From Somniosus microcephalus (Eukaryota), in assembly GCA_052327205.1 (NCBI GenBank), contig CM126209.1, forward strand, positions 175,026,001 to 175,090,000: a stretch of DNA of 64,000 bases, given 5' to 3'. Every line of letters starts with the position of its first letter. Position 1 is the first letter of the stretch. Shown here piece by piece: positions 1-10,642 of the stretch. A program made the translations under genes and the position numbers. The notes below the pieces were generated by a model that worked only from the letters and a program-made list of their open reading frames with translations, was not told the origin of the DNA and made no database searches.

Positions 1-511
1 ATGGTATTCGGCAAAACTGATACAGCTTTCCACCAGCCTCAAAGGCTGTATATGGTTGATCCCTCTTAACAATAGGAATCTGATGATAAGCACTCTTTAA
101 ATCAATAGTGCTAAAAAACTTATACTGAGATACTTTGTTGATAAGCTCATCAATCTTAGGCAAAGGGTACGCATCTAATTGAGTATACCTATTAATAGTT
201 TGAGAGTAGTCTATCACCATTCGTTTCTTATGCCTCTCGTTAGTGGTGACAACTACCTGAGCCCGCCAAGGCGAACAACTAGGTTCAATGATTCCTTCCA
301 ATAAAAGACGTTGGACTTCAGAATTAATAAATTCTCTATCCTGACTGCTATACCTTCTTGACTTGGTAGCAATTGGCTTACATTCCGGCATCAAATTGGA
401 AATAAGTGATAATGGAGAAATGGATAAAGAAGTTAATCCACAAATGGATAAGGGTGGCTTAGTCCCTCCAAACGAAAGACTAAGACTCTCATGTAATTTA
501 AGCACATCATG
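1..511 (-). pseudogene. Gypsy A pol, reverse transcriptase N-terminal part
   Basis: Manual translation HDVLKLHESLSLSFGG...KPIATKSRRYS...SPWRAQVVV...DAYPLPKID...FSTIDLKSAYHQIP; rejoins the gag-PR frame once 512-1087 and one TSD copy are removed. Confidence 0.85.
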
Positions 512-1087
512 TGTAGAAGTGCCTTACTTCTTAGCTCTGGGTAATGACTCAATACACACTTGGATTCGTCAGACGGACAGGCCTTTTATTTCACTTCTTG
601 CAAGGGGAATCAGCACCTCCACTCAAGGGGTGAGGCTACTATTCCAATGATACAGCGTAAGCGTTCCATATTTATACAGTGTAACAAACAAGTTTGATTG
701 ACATTCCTTTGTTCCTCTATCAGGATACATATTAGATTAATCATCAGGTCTTATGACGTATTAACAGAAGGATCCTGGACACATAAGTCAACCGTTAATC
801 TATAACAGGGCATGAATCGTGTAACCGGAGGTCCTCTTTAATCTTAATGATGTATTGGGAGGGTAGGTTTGCTTACGGTCACGAGTTGTCAGGTCAGTGG
901 TTACTTCAAAGGAACCCATTGTTTCACTTCTACATTCTCATTAAGTGGGCAGACATCTGTTCTTGGCTGTAATCTAAGTACGTGCAATAGCTCTAGTTAC
1001 ACATCGACACTTGCCCAGTGTCAAGTCTGAAAACTTTTACCCAGCAAGCACTTGAAATTAACCCCTTGTATCATGTAGATTTCCTCA
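512..1087 (-). mobile_element. Solo LTR (576 bp) inserted in Gypsy A gag-pol
   Basis: Starts TGTAGAA, ends TTCCTCA; 4-bp TSD CATG at 508-511 and 1088-1091; minus-strand TATAAAT (~670-677) followed by AATAAA (~585-590). Confidence 0.85.
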
Positions 1088-2240
1088 CATGACCAATCAA
1101 AATATCCGCACAAAGATTAGGCAAAACAGATAGGCGTATATCAGTATACGTATTACCTAGAAGAATCAATTTCACAAGGCAACAACCAGCTACTTGTGAA
1201 GTAAGGGTCGTCTGAGCCATACACACCTGATAAGTAACAGGCAAGATTTTCAAACACTTTTCCTTCACAAACTGAAGACTTATAAAACTCTCGGTACTGC
1301 CCGTATCTATGAGAGCCTTCACTTCTAACCCATTAACTTGGGCCACAACTATAGCTTTGTTTAGGCCATGAGCAAATGCAGCAGAAATTGATGCAATAAA
1401 CGCCCTCTCTACAGGTTGAATAGTCGCAGAAGAGGAGGTAATTGAACCTAATGATTTACAAACACGTGCATAATGGCCTCTCTTGCCGCATTTACTACAT
1501 ACAGCCTCCCGGGCAGGACACTTCAAACGAGGATGCCGGACGTTCCCACAAAAATAACACTTCTGAATCCTAGAGGCAACAGCCGCCGAAGTAAAAGGTG
1601 GAGCTGTTGGAGTAGAAACTATTTCAGAATCTAGTAAACCACTCCCATTAAGTCCACCTAATTCCTTTTCATCCGGAACTGCCGAAACCACAGTCACAGG
1701 CCGATTAGAAAGAGCATAAGAATCCGAACTTCTCTGAGCCATATCCAATGTAGAAGCTTGCTCAAAAGCACTCTTGAGATCCAAAGTCTTATTTTCTAAC
1801 AACCGCTGACAAATTGATCTAGACAGTAGTCCATTAATAAAAGCATCCCGTACCGATTCTTCCTTATATTCTTCGGCCGTCACGGCTTTATAATTACAGT
1901 TAGCACCAAGGTGCCGAAGTGCTTGTAAATAAGTATCCAAAGATTCTCCCACCTGCTGCCTATGGGCAGATAGAAGGTAACGTGCAAATACCTCATTCTT
2001 TGGTTTAACAAAAATCTTCTCCAATGTAGAAATAGCCAATTCGTAAGTTTTACAGTCCAAAATATACTTACACACATCCGGAGCAATGTAGTTGATCAGC
2101 ATATTCAGCTTATTCAGAGACTCTTGTTCCAACACACCCAAAAAGTTTGTAAATGTACAATACCAATGTTTCCATTTATCATCCACTCCTGCAGAATTAG
2201 GGTCAGCATTGAATCGTTCCGGTTGAAGATATCGCTCCGT
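1088..2240 (-). pseudogene. Gypsy A gag-aspartic protease, interrupted by a solo LTR
   Basis: ORF 1071-2186 extends in frame to an ACG at 2240 (probable mutated ATG, xERYLQPERFNADP). Two zinc knuckles and a D-T-G protease motif. Confidence 0.88.
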
Positions 2241-2261
2241 TCTGATAAAAAGTTAATAAAT

Positions 2262-2520
2262 TGAAATAAAGAATAGATTTGCCTTTCTAATCTAGGCTTT
2301 ATTAACTTTAAAAACCCAGTAGCACATCTTTCAACACCAGTCTCCAACAATGACTAGAGAGAACTGAATTTAAGATGGCCACCACAAATCACCTGACATC
2401 CACTACCAATGAGTTTACAACATATATCTCAAGGTAGAAACAAACAACCAATTACAATACTTCTTACTAATACAGAGAACAACCACCCCATTCACCAATC
2501 ACAATACTTCTTATTAAACA
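2262..2520 (-). repeat. Probable 5' LTR of Gypsy A
   Basis: Minus strand begins TGTTTAATAAG and ends TTTATTTCA, 21 nt before the gag start; contains AATAAA. The partner LTR is outside the window. Confidence 0.65.
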
Positions 2521-2980
2521 TAGGAAATAATCACCACAATTCCAAACACGATGCGGTCTCTGACCATCTCATCTTTATCTGCATATTCACAGTCTTTTAC
2601 CAGCAGTTTTAACTCGGTCACAAACTGTTCAAACGACTTACTAGCTCCTTGTACTTTCTCCTGAAACTTGTACCTAGCGAATATCGTATCTGTCTTGGGC
2701 ATCACATATGATTCAAAATGGTCAAAATAACTTTTCAGTACCTTTGCTTCATCCGCGGTGAGAGTCCATGTGTTAAAAATGTCTCTCCCTTTTTCTCCGA
2801 TCCACAGGAGTAGGTAGCTGCATCTTTCTTCCTCCCCTTTGCTTTTCAGCGGACCCGCGAACATCAACTCCACGTGTTGCTTGAACTTGCACCATTCTAC
2901 AGGTAAGTTCAAAGATCCCCAATCGATTTGAGGCAAGGGAGCTCCAACAATGTCCATTTTCAATCCCTGTTCTGACACCA
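2521..2980 (-). pseudogene. Gypsy B fragment: primer-binding site and truncated gag N-terminus
   Basis: PBS TGGTGTCAGAA at 2980-2970, then MDIVGAPLPQIDW...LLLWIGEKGRDIFNTW...IFARYKFQEKVQ...EMVRDRIVFGI, a typical Gypsy gag N-terminal domain; truncated near 2540. Confidence 0.85.
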
Positions 2981-2981
2981 T

Positions 2982-4863
2982 GGCCCCGATTTTCAGCTTG
3001 TGTGGGAAATGGTCGGGTTTCTCTGAATGTGGGGTTTCTGACACACAAAAAAGTGTGTCAGGCAGCTCCACGCAATTTTCCCTCAAGTGGCCAATTAATT
3101 CCCAGCATGTGGGCAGCCTTGCTAATTGTCCATTTCTAGTCAGAAAGCCCCACATTATGATGTCATCATTTGTGGTGCTTTCAAGGTCCATAGCAAGCAC
3201 TGCATCCTCTGAAGGCTTCCAAATGAACCATCCAGGATGGCAGAGGAGCCTGCAGCAGCTGTGGCCAGTGCCAGACCTCGAGCTGCCTTCAAATTCGATG
3301 AGGCTTCACTGCAGGCATTATTGGATGGGGTTAGGGCCCACAGGGAGGTCCTCTTCCCTAGGTCAGGGAGGAAGAGGCCTCCCACTGAGACCAATGCTGC
3401 ATGGATGCAGGTGTCAGCAGATGCCAACTCGCTGGGAGTCACCAGAAGAACCTTGGCATTACATCTCTAACTCCTTCCTTTAATCCCCCACAGTACCATC
3501 CAGAGCCCCCGTCCTCACTGTGGAGGAGGAAGAGGCTGTGCAGCCAGACTCCTCAGAGGAAGCTCCAACCTCTGAGGGCGCAGCGTCAGCAGAAGTAAGC
3601 GCACCCAGCACCAGCGCAGACACTCACACCTCGGGGGGACCTTTGGGACATAGAGTAGTGTTGTCACCTGGTGTTTCACAGCTCACAAGTGAGCCTCAGC
3701 AGATTCTGGAGACAGGGACAGCAGTGGAGAGTCCTCGTCGGAGGGCGCAGGACTCTGCCAGCTCAGCTCAGCTGCACTGCATGTCAACCCTCTGCCTCTG
3801 GGTCCATCCGCAAGAGAAGAGGTGATGGATCTCCATGCACAGATGCAGGAGTCTCTGGCAGGTTTTGTCTCCAGGGTCGCTGCGAGTGTGGAGCGAATGG
3901 AGGAGTCCATAGCGACCATGAGCAGAGCCTTTGTGGAGTCATTGGCGCATGAACGCATCACCATGGAAAGGTTGGCAACCTCCACGGAGGAGATAACTTG
4001 CCAGGGTACGGAAAACATGGTGAGTGCTCATAAGAGAATGACATCTCTTGAGGCGCGTTGGCCATCTGTTGAACAGAGAAACCAGATCTTCATGGAAGTC
4101 CTTCTGAGTAGGACTGCCAGTGCAGAAATGGGTCCCCATGGCCCCCTAAAGCGCAGCAAGGTGCTCTCAAGCCACTTCCAAGCGCTGGCCCCTTCCGGCC
4201 TGTGCAGCTTCAGGCGAGTGAGCAGCAGCCTGGTGCTCCTGGTGCTCATCCTGCTGTTCCTGGTTCTGCTGCTGCCACCTCTGCTGCTGGAGATCCTCTA
4301 ATGGCAAGAAGAGAAGGAAAAAAAGGCGTTCCATGCTTCTCGTAGATGCCTCCGCTGAGGAAGCGCTGAGTGAGGGTGGCAAGAGGGGCTTCCCAGGAGA
4401 TCGCATTGGAGAAGTGTGTGAGGCTCCAACCTTCCACAGCTGTGCCTAAGCCTTGAAGAAGTAGCCCCAAACCTGCAACAACAAGGTCCTTCAACATACA
4501 AGTGCTGTCCCTTTAAATCGCAGCTTCTCCGATTGACCTGCAGCTGCAAGCAAGCAAGCCAACTGTTTTCACGCCAGGTCTCATCAGCGGGGTTCCCCGC
4601 AGGCGTGTTTCATGTGGGGAAAGACCCAAAATTGCAATGGCCCCTCAAAATCTACTTAAACAAGGTAATAATTGGTGATTAGGGTCCTGACGGCCAGTCC
4701 CGCCAGCAGCGGGCGGGACTGATTCGGGTCGCAGGGAAACAGCAGTCCGAAAGTCTGACGGGGCGGGGAATCAGATGGGGGGCCGTCGTGACCCACTTTT
4801 TCGGCGATTTTCGGCTGCCAGCCGCCTGAAAAGCCGCCCGACGGCTGGCAGAAAATTGGGGCC
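2982..4863 (+). mobile_element. Non-autonomous PIF/Harbinger element carrying only a Myb/SANT-like gene, copy 1 (internally deleted)
   Basis: TIRs GGCCCCGATTTTC / GAAAATTGGGGCC; 3-bp TSD CAT (2979-2981, 4864-4866); Myb exon MAEEPAAAVASARPRAAFKFDEASLQALLDGVRAHREVLFP from 3237; no DDE motifs seen. Confidence 0.88.
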
Positions 4864-4865
4864 CA

Positions 4866-4975
4866 TGTCTTGTTTTGCACACTTTGTACAAAAATAATAA
4901 CTTGCAGGACAACGGAGTGTTACAGTTTAACTCTTTTAATAAGCATCAGGTCTGATCTTACTCATAACAGCACAG
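4866..4975 (-). repeat. 3' part of the Gypsy B 5' LTR
   Basis: Removing the Harbinger restores ...AAAACAAGACA|TGGTGTCAGA (LTR end joined to PBS). The distal boundary is uncertain. Confidence 0.6.
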
Positions 4976-5533
4976 TGGGGAAAAGATGGCATTAAGACCC
5001 CTAGCCTGGGTCTTCAAAACAATAGAAGCCTTTACAGATGCCTGCAGGCCAATGATAACTCAGCATGTGATCACATGTGAATATAATAGGTATTCCTTTA
5101 CAGATGCCTGTGGGCCAATGATAATTCAATATGCAAAAGTGTCCTTCCATGTTGAGTTGAATATATGTGGATAAAACCTTCTCTAATCAACTTCATTTAA
5201 TTTCAAATGGGAGTAGACTATCTTTACTCATTGAACTGTTTGGAACAGGCTTGTCATTGTTATTGACTTGAGCAAAAGCTGAAGGGGGTGATTTACCTTG
5301 GATACTTTATGTGCTAAAGAGCCTCTGAGGTGGCCAAGATGGGATCTTAAGCTGAAACACCAGTTTAGCTCGTGTTTAGCACAAGACGCCATCTTGGTAA
5401 AGAAGTTGAAGCTGGTGCTAGGAACAGCTGTCCAGAGGATTGTTAAGGGTCTGATTGCCACTTAAATTGCTTGCACTTAAAACTCATTAAGGAGGCTGCA
5501 TGACCTAACGCCTTCTCCTAACAGTGACCAGCT

Positions 5534-5854
5534 CAGATCGGAGGACCTCCTCGTAGGACTACTCCTGGGCCTGGCGAAGGTAACCATTAACAGGTCCAGG
5601 CAGCGGGCGATCGAGGGGGTCGTTTGGCCCGATTGCCTGCCCCTTTTCCGCAGCTATGTTCACCCCCGGGTGGCCCTGGAGATGGAGCACGTGGTGTCCG
5701 CCGGCACACTTGAGGCCTTCCGCGACCGGTGAGCGCCGCGGGGACTGGAGTGCATCATCACCCCGGCCAACACAATTTTAATTTAATTTGTTAAGTTTTT
5801 ATTTAAAGTTTTATTAAGTTACAGTTGATTTGTTTAACCACCCAAACAAAAGAG
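5534..5854 (+). mobile_element. 5'-truncated non-LTR retrotransposon 3' end (Tx1/L1-like)
   Basis: 15-bp TSD TAACAGTGACCAGCT at 5519-5533 and 5855-5869; translates EDLLVGLLLGLAKVTINRSRQR...ANTILI*, followed by a T-rich 3' UTR and short A-rich tail. Confidence 0.75.
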
Positions 5855-6705
5855 TAACAGTGACCAGCTGATTGGGAGTAAACAAATCATTGCAGAGGAT
5901 TTTGAGCACTACTTAAAGGTATATCACCTTTTACTGTTCACTTGCTGCTGGAGGTTTGAAGAGGGCTTTCGAAATAGAGCAACTTTCTGGGACACTTTGT
6001 TAAGACTCCACCAACACTCTATCAACATTTATTTCAGAAATTCTCTGAGTACTTCACCCTAAAAAGAGTAAGTGCTGTGCTACTCTACCTTATTGGATAT
6101 ATATAGGAGTCACCAGGAGAAAGGGAGTGCTTGTTCATTGGTATCTTGCTAGGAGTTCCCCTTGGTCTGCAGGAGGAATGGCAGGCAGACATGAGGCCAG
6201 GCAGAGCAGCACCAGCTGCTGCAGGAGAGAGGGACAAGAAGGCGAGGTGGACTCCTTCCCTCCTGCTGGTACAGAACATCCCTCCTCCTCTGGACCTCCT
6301 CCACCAGGACCTCCTGTGCTATGTATGAGAACTTTTGCACCCTCTCACTCCCAGAGCCATCTTGAAACATGCCACTGTGTGTCAGCCAGCACACTCCATA
6401 CCTTCAGTGGAATTGAGTGAGTGAAGCCCACATAGACTGCTCCATGAAAATTGCATCTAATCAGTGCTGGAGTGGTAAACCTACACGTGCCTATTTTAGC
6501 ACCTCCAGGCAAGTTCAAATTATAGCAATATACAACTACTACTTTAATATGACGGGAAAAGCTTATAATGGGCTGTCTAGTTTGGCTATCTATTCGATGG
6601 CCTCCTGAGATGCCGAGTGGAGAAATAAGGTGCTTCCTGCAACATTTTTAATTGGCAGGTTGATGTGATGGGTTCCATATGGGCCTGGGACTCATGGCCA
6701 CAGCC

Positions 6706-7120
6706 GACATGAGGCTGGTGTCAGGGACGCTTAAGTTCACTCCAACTGAGTGGCTCCTGGTGCTGCCCCACATTGCCCGACCTGCCTTTCACTGCAATGC
6801 CTCCGTGCTCCGCGAGGTGGAAAAAATCACGAGCAACATCAATCTTCCCATTCACAAAGGTTTGAAAAACCCACCACAAAGGCATGTAAAATCGCGCCGG
6901 CCTTTCTGGGAAACAGCAGCCAATATTCATGCAGCTGGTATCAACCCACTATCCAGATGGACGAAATCATGGGATGCATGCAACATAAAGAACCAACACC
7001 TCATCACTGACCCAACAGCAGAGGTCCCTGTCTTCAACCTCCCTCGAAGACAATGGACAGTGCTCATCCCAATCCGGACAGGACATGGGCGATGCAGCCA
7101 CCTGCTTCACAAGTGGAAGA
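6706..7120 (+). mobile_element. LINE ORF C-terminal fragment, Ingi/Vingi-like
   Basis: MRLVSGTLKFTPTEWLLVLPHIARP...NLPRRQWTVLIPIRTGHGRCSHLLHKW resembles the post-RT region of Ingi/Vingi elements (family assignment from memory). Confidence 0.65.
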
Positions 7121-7664
7121 TTATGGTAATCAGCAATCAGGACCAAAATTGCATGCTAAAATCAAATTTTCGAACAGGCATGTCTTATTAGCACAGCACC
7201 TATTTAGCACCTGTTTTCACCCTTTCACCAATATATAACCCCTTAAGTTTTAATATTGAAATATCCTCTCAGGAATAGGTAGTTGATAGGATGACATTTT
7301 GATCCAAACGAGTTTTCTTTTCAATTTTAGGACACAGGGCTTAATATTTGTGCTTGCCTTTTTTGTAGTTTTTTGTGAATTTTTCCTCTGTCAGTAAGAG
7401 TGACTCAATTTTGTAATGGGATCAGTGGTATTTTGCATCTTCTTTTCATTTACAAGTTGCTTTTGAAGAACTTGCGTAATATACCACTAACATAAGTTGC
7501 TCCCACATGGCAGGGGAAATTGCCTTGGTGGAAACATGGCAGTATTTCAGCTGGGTTTATACCAAGGCTAAGTGGAAATTCAGAACTATAAGGTTTTTTG
7601 ACAATACTTTACTTAAAAACTATTTTGAAAAATTGCATTTTTCTGCTGCTGTAGTTGCCAACAT

Positions 7665-8888
7665 AAAAAAGAAAATCTTGAATTTATATAGCACCTTTCA
7701 TGACCTCAGGATGTTCCAAAGCACTTTTCAGCCTTTACAAAGTACTTTTGAAATGTAGTCATTGTTGGATTGTAAGATATGTAGCAGCCAATTTACATAC
7801 AGCAAGGTCCCTTTAAACAGCAATGTGATAATAATGTTTTTAGTGATGTTGGTTGAGAGATAAATATTGGCTTGGACATCAGGGAGAACTCCCCTGCTCT
7901 TCTTTGACCTAGTGCCATGGGATCTTTTACATTCACTTAGAAGGCAGGCAGGGCCTCAGTTTAATGTCTCATTTGAAAGACAGCGGGCAGGATTTTCATT
8001 GGGCCGTGGAGGCGGGATTGGAGGTGTGTAGGGGTTTAAAATCCCGAAATCGGGGGCCACGAACCCATCCCGCCTCCATGCCAGTTTCAAAGGAGACGGG
8101 TACCCGCCCCGCACTGGGTCCCACTTCCCTGAGGCGGGAAGGGGATTAGTGCCAATTAACTGCCTGTTAACAGGTAGTTAACAGGCAGTTTTTAGCCTAA
8201 TCCCTATTTTTAATGTTGAAGTGTGGGATTCCCAATGGCTCCAAACCACACCAAGTTAGAGGAGGCGGACTGTCGGGATGAAGGGCTTAAGATGTCCGGT
8301 GTTCAGGTGAGTGATGGGTGCATGAGTGCAAAGGTAAGTGTGTTTGGTGTGTGTAAAGTGTTTAAAGAAGTTTTACATACCTTTACTTACCTTTACAGCC
8401 TTCCTTCCTTCAGGTCTCGGGAGTCCCTCATCTCACCGGCACAGAAAGCAGAATGGCTGCGAGCTGTCAAAAATTGCAGCATTCAGCTTTCTGTTCCGGG
8501 GAGATCGCTAAATCATCCTGACAGGAAGGAATTAACTTAGAGTACAGATTGTCAGTGTTTGACAGCTTCAAACAGCTGTGAAACGCTGATACTTCATCTG
8601 TCAAAAGGTCTTGACAGATGAAATATCAATCTGTGACGTCACCTGTTGCCGGGTGGCCCTTAATTAGCCTGCTGAGCCCGCTGGGCAGGCTCAACAAGGT
8701 CAATCAAGTCAAAATCGCGTGGGTTGGCTAGAACTCGACTCCTCAATAAAAATCCAGCCCAGCATCTCTAACAGTGCAGCACTCCCTCAGTACTAGATTT
8801 TGTGCTAGAGTCTCTGGAGTGGGACTTGAACGCACAACCTTCCAACTCAGAGACAAGAGTGCTACCAATGAGCTATGGCTGACACCAT
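7665..8888 (-). mobile_element. tRNA-derived Deu-type SINE, split by a MITE at 7985-8760
   Basis: Minus-strand head with A box TAGCTCATTGG and B box GTTCAAGTCC near 8880-8820; body shared with 21470-21620 and 62685-63085. Confidence 0.75.
7985..8760 (+). mobile_element. Harbinger-type non-autonomous element (~800-bp family), copy 1
   Basis: TIRs GGGCAGGATTTT / AAAATCCAGCCC; TSD AGC (7982-7984, 8761-8763); nearly identical to 19196-20019 and 55683-56497 in reverse orientation. Confidence 0.88.
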
Positions 8889-8949
8889 GAATGAAAAAGG
8901 TGATGTGAAATATGTCAAGCTATTCTAGTTGGCAGAACAGCAAGGTGCA

Positions 8950-9600
8950 CACAGAGGTACAAAGGATTAACATTTTACAGTTTTGAATCTGGTAGTTGCT
9001 GGAGCACAAATGTCCACAGACGAGAAAAGTAGGATGTGAAGCTTTGCCACCAGTGGACTGTGGATCAACATAGAATATTGAGGTATAGCTGCAGCATTGT
9101 CTGCATTCCTGGCATAGACATTGAGGTCCGACTTAAGTGCTAGCAACTCTTGTCTGCTTCTATCGTCATGACGTTGCAGAGAAATGACTGCCTGACCAAG
9201 TCTTTCTGGAATGTAGACTGGATGAAGCCAGCCTCTGATGAAGTATATTGGTCTGCGTGGCTTAGGACTGAATGGAAAACAAAATGATGAGATGGATTTG
9301 CACTCAAACAGAGCTGCAATAATCCATCACTGGAAAGTTACAGGCTTTGTAGAAGACTGAAGTTTCTATTGGTGCCAAGCAAGGCTGAGCTTTCACGAGG
9401 ATATTTGCTCTTCAATCAGCTTTTCCAAACACCTTTGTCATATATTCATCTCAGAATTGATCATCTATAATTTTCAAGGCAAGTAGCTGAATTTGCATAA
9501 GAGAGTCTCAAACCCTTATAAAGTAGAAATAGCCCACATCATGGTCAGCCTTTCTCAACAGTTATAGACAATTGTCCATCCATTGTTAAGTTCTGTCTGA
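8950..9600 (-). mobile_element. Highly degenerate LINE remnant, possibly Vingi-like
   Basis: Scattered fragments such as RANILVK and DYCSSV resemble a LINE RT C-terminus; many stops and frameshifts. Confidence 0.25.
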
Positions 9601-9841
9601 ATCTACGTGCAGTGTTTCAGTCAGATATTTAATTTGATCTTAGAAAAGGAATTTTTAATTTCTTTGAATTTATTCAAATTGGTCAACGTTAAATTTATTC
9701 AGAGTTCTGCTCAGTTTCATTTCTCGCCCCACATAGCACAAATGCAACAGTGAAATAATATCATTATCATGACAGGATATATGAAGAGGAGTTGTGTGGA
9801 GTAATATATATGTCACATGACGCATATAAGGGAGTTATGTT

Positions 9842-10035
9842 TGTTATATCCGTGTATCTTAATGTTGTGTCCTCCAATAATCAGACAACAGACTGCAGGG
9901 AACTTACTCTAGAACTAAATATACAGATCACTACTCAGGGTTTATATACAGGTGTGGTCACTGCCGGTACTACAGTATACAGGAGCTGTAAAAAGTAGTT
10001 CTCTCCCTTAAGGTATATACATTACATACATTACA
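9842..10035 (-). mobile_element. Solo LTR related to the LTRs of the central Gypsy
   Basis: Reverse complement TGTAATGTA...GAGAGAACTACTTTTTACAGCTCCTGTATACTGTAGTACCGGCAGTGACCACACCTGTATATAA matches 27957-28040; ends ...ATATAACA; near-TSD ATGTT/ATGGT. Confidence 0.88.
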
Positions 10036-10544
10036 ATGGTCAATACAAAAAGTAGGATACAGATCATATGTCATGGCTTCTCACGTTGTATTTTGTTTAT
10101 ACCACAGATAAGCATGCAAGACTGCTTACATCATACAATAACAGCAGCCCTTGACTCTAAGACTAATCTGCATAGTGTTTGATGTAATGTGCCTGTGCTA
10201 GGTTATTAGGTTAGCAAGTGGAATTGTCTGTCAGTGTTCAGGCAGTATATTCAGATTCATTGTATGCAAATAAATAAACAGCCTGGCCTATAAATTTGTT
10301 TAAGCCAATTTATGGGCGTCAAATGACCAGAGCAAATGATTCCTGTACCCAAAATCAGAGGCCCATGGGTCGCGAGAAGGTGGTCCTCAGGCCTCATCTA
10401 AATAATTGCAGCTGGCTGTCAATGCCGCCACAGGCATCTACCTGGCAAGGGCACCCTTATGCACACAGGGGCAGCTGTTTACTAATTTATACTGACTGAG
10501 GCCTGACAGCAGATTGCCTGGGGTCACTTTTTGAATGTGAAAGG

Positions 10545-10642
10545 CGTGTGTGTGTGTATGTGTATGTGTGTGTGCATGTGCGTATATGTTGTGTGCATGT
10601 GTGTTGTGTGCGTTTGAGCATGTGTGTGTGTGAGCGTGTGTA
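10545..10642. repeat. Degenerate (GT)n microsatellite
   Basis: GT/GTAT/GTGC-rich run of about 100 bp. Confidence 0.9.

Larger units (their letters stand above)
1..2520 (-). mobile_element. Ty3/Gypsy LTR retrotransposon A (5' LTR, gag-protease, start of RT; runs off the left edge of the window)
   Basis: Minus-strand gag with CCHC knuckles (CYFCGNVRHPRLKC, CSKCGKRGHYARVC) and protease LIDTGS. RT motifs SPWRAQVVV, KKRMVIDYSQTIN, FSTIDLKSAYHQIP and EAGGKLYQFCRIP read at 1-511. Probable 5' LTR at 2262-2520 (TG...CA on minus strand, AATAAA near 2300). Confidence 0.9.
5285..7242 (-). mobile_element. Degenerate Harbinger derivative with a Myb/SANT exon remnant, hosting two LINE insertions
   Basis: ORF 6149-6394 contains RVQKFSYIAQEVLVEEVQRRRDVLY, resembling the other Myb N-termini in the window. 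Degenerate GGGG...CCCC ends; boundaries approximate. Confidence 0.45.

Noticed and set aside
2514-3200. 228-aa ORF as a novel fusion protein
   Set aside because: Chance read-through from the antisense Harbinger end into Gypsy B gag; the real gag starts at MDIVG (~2957).
5029-5130. Short direct repeat CCTTTACAGATGCCTG..GGCCAATGATAA x2
   Set aside because: Two-copy local duplication with no sign of function.
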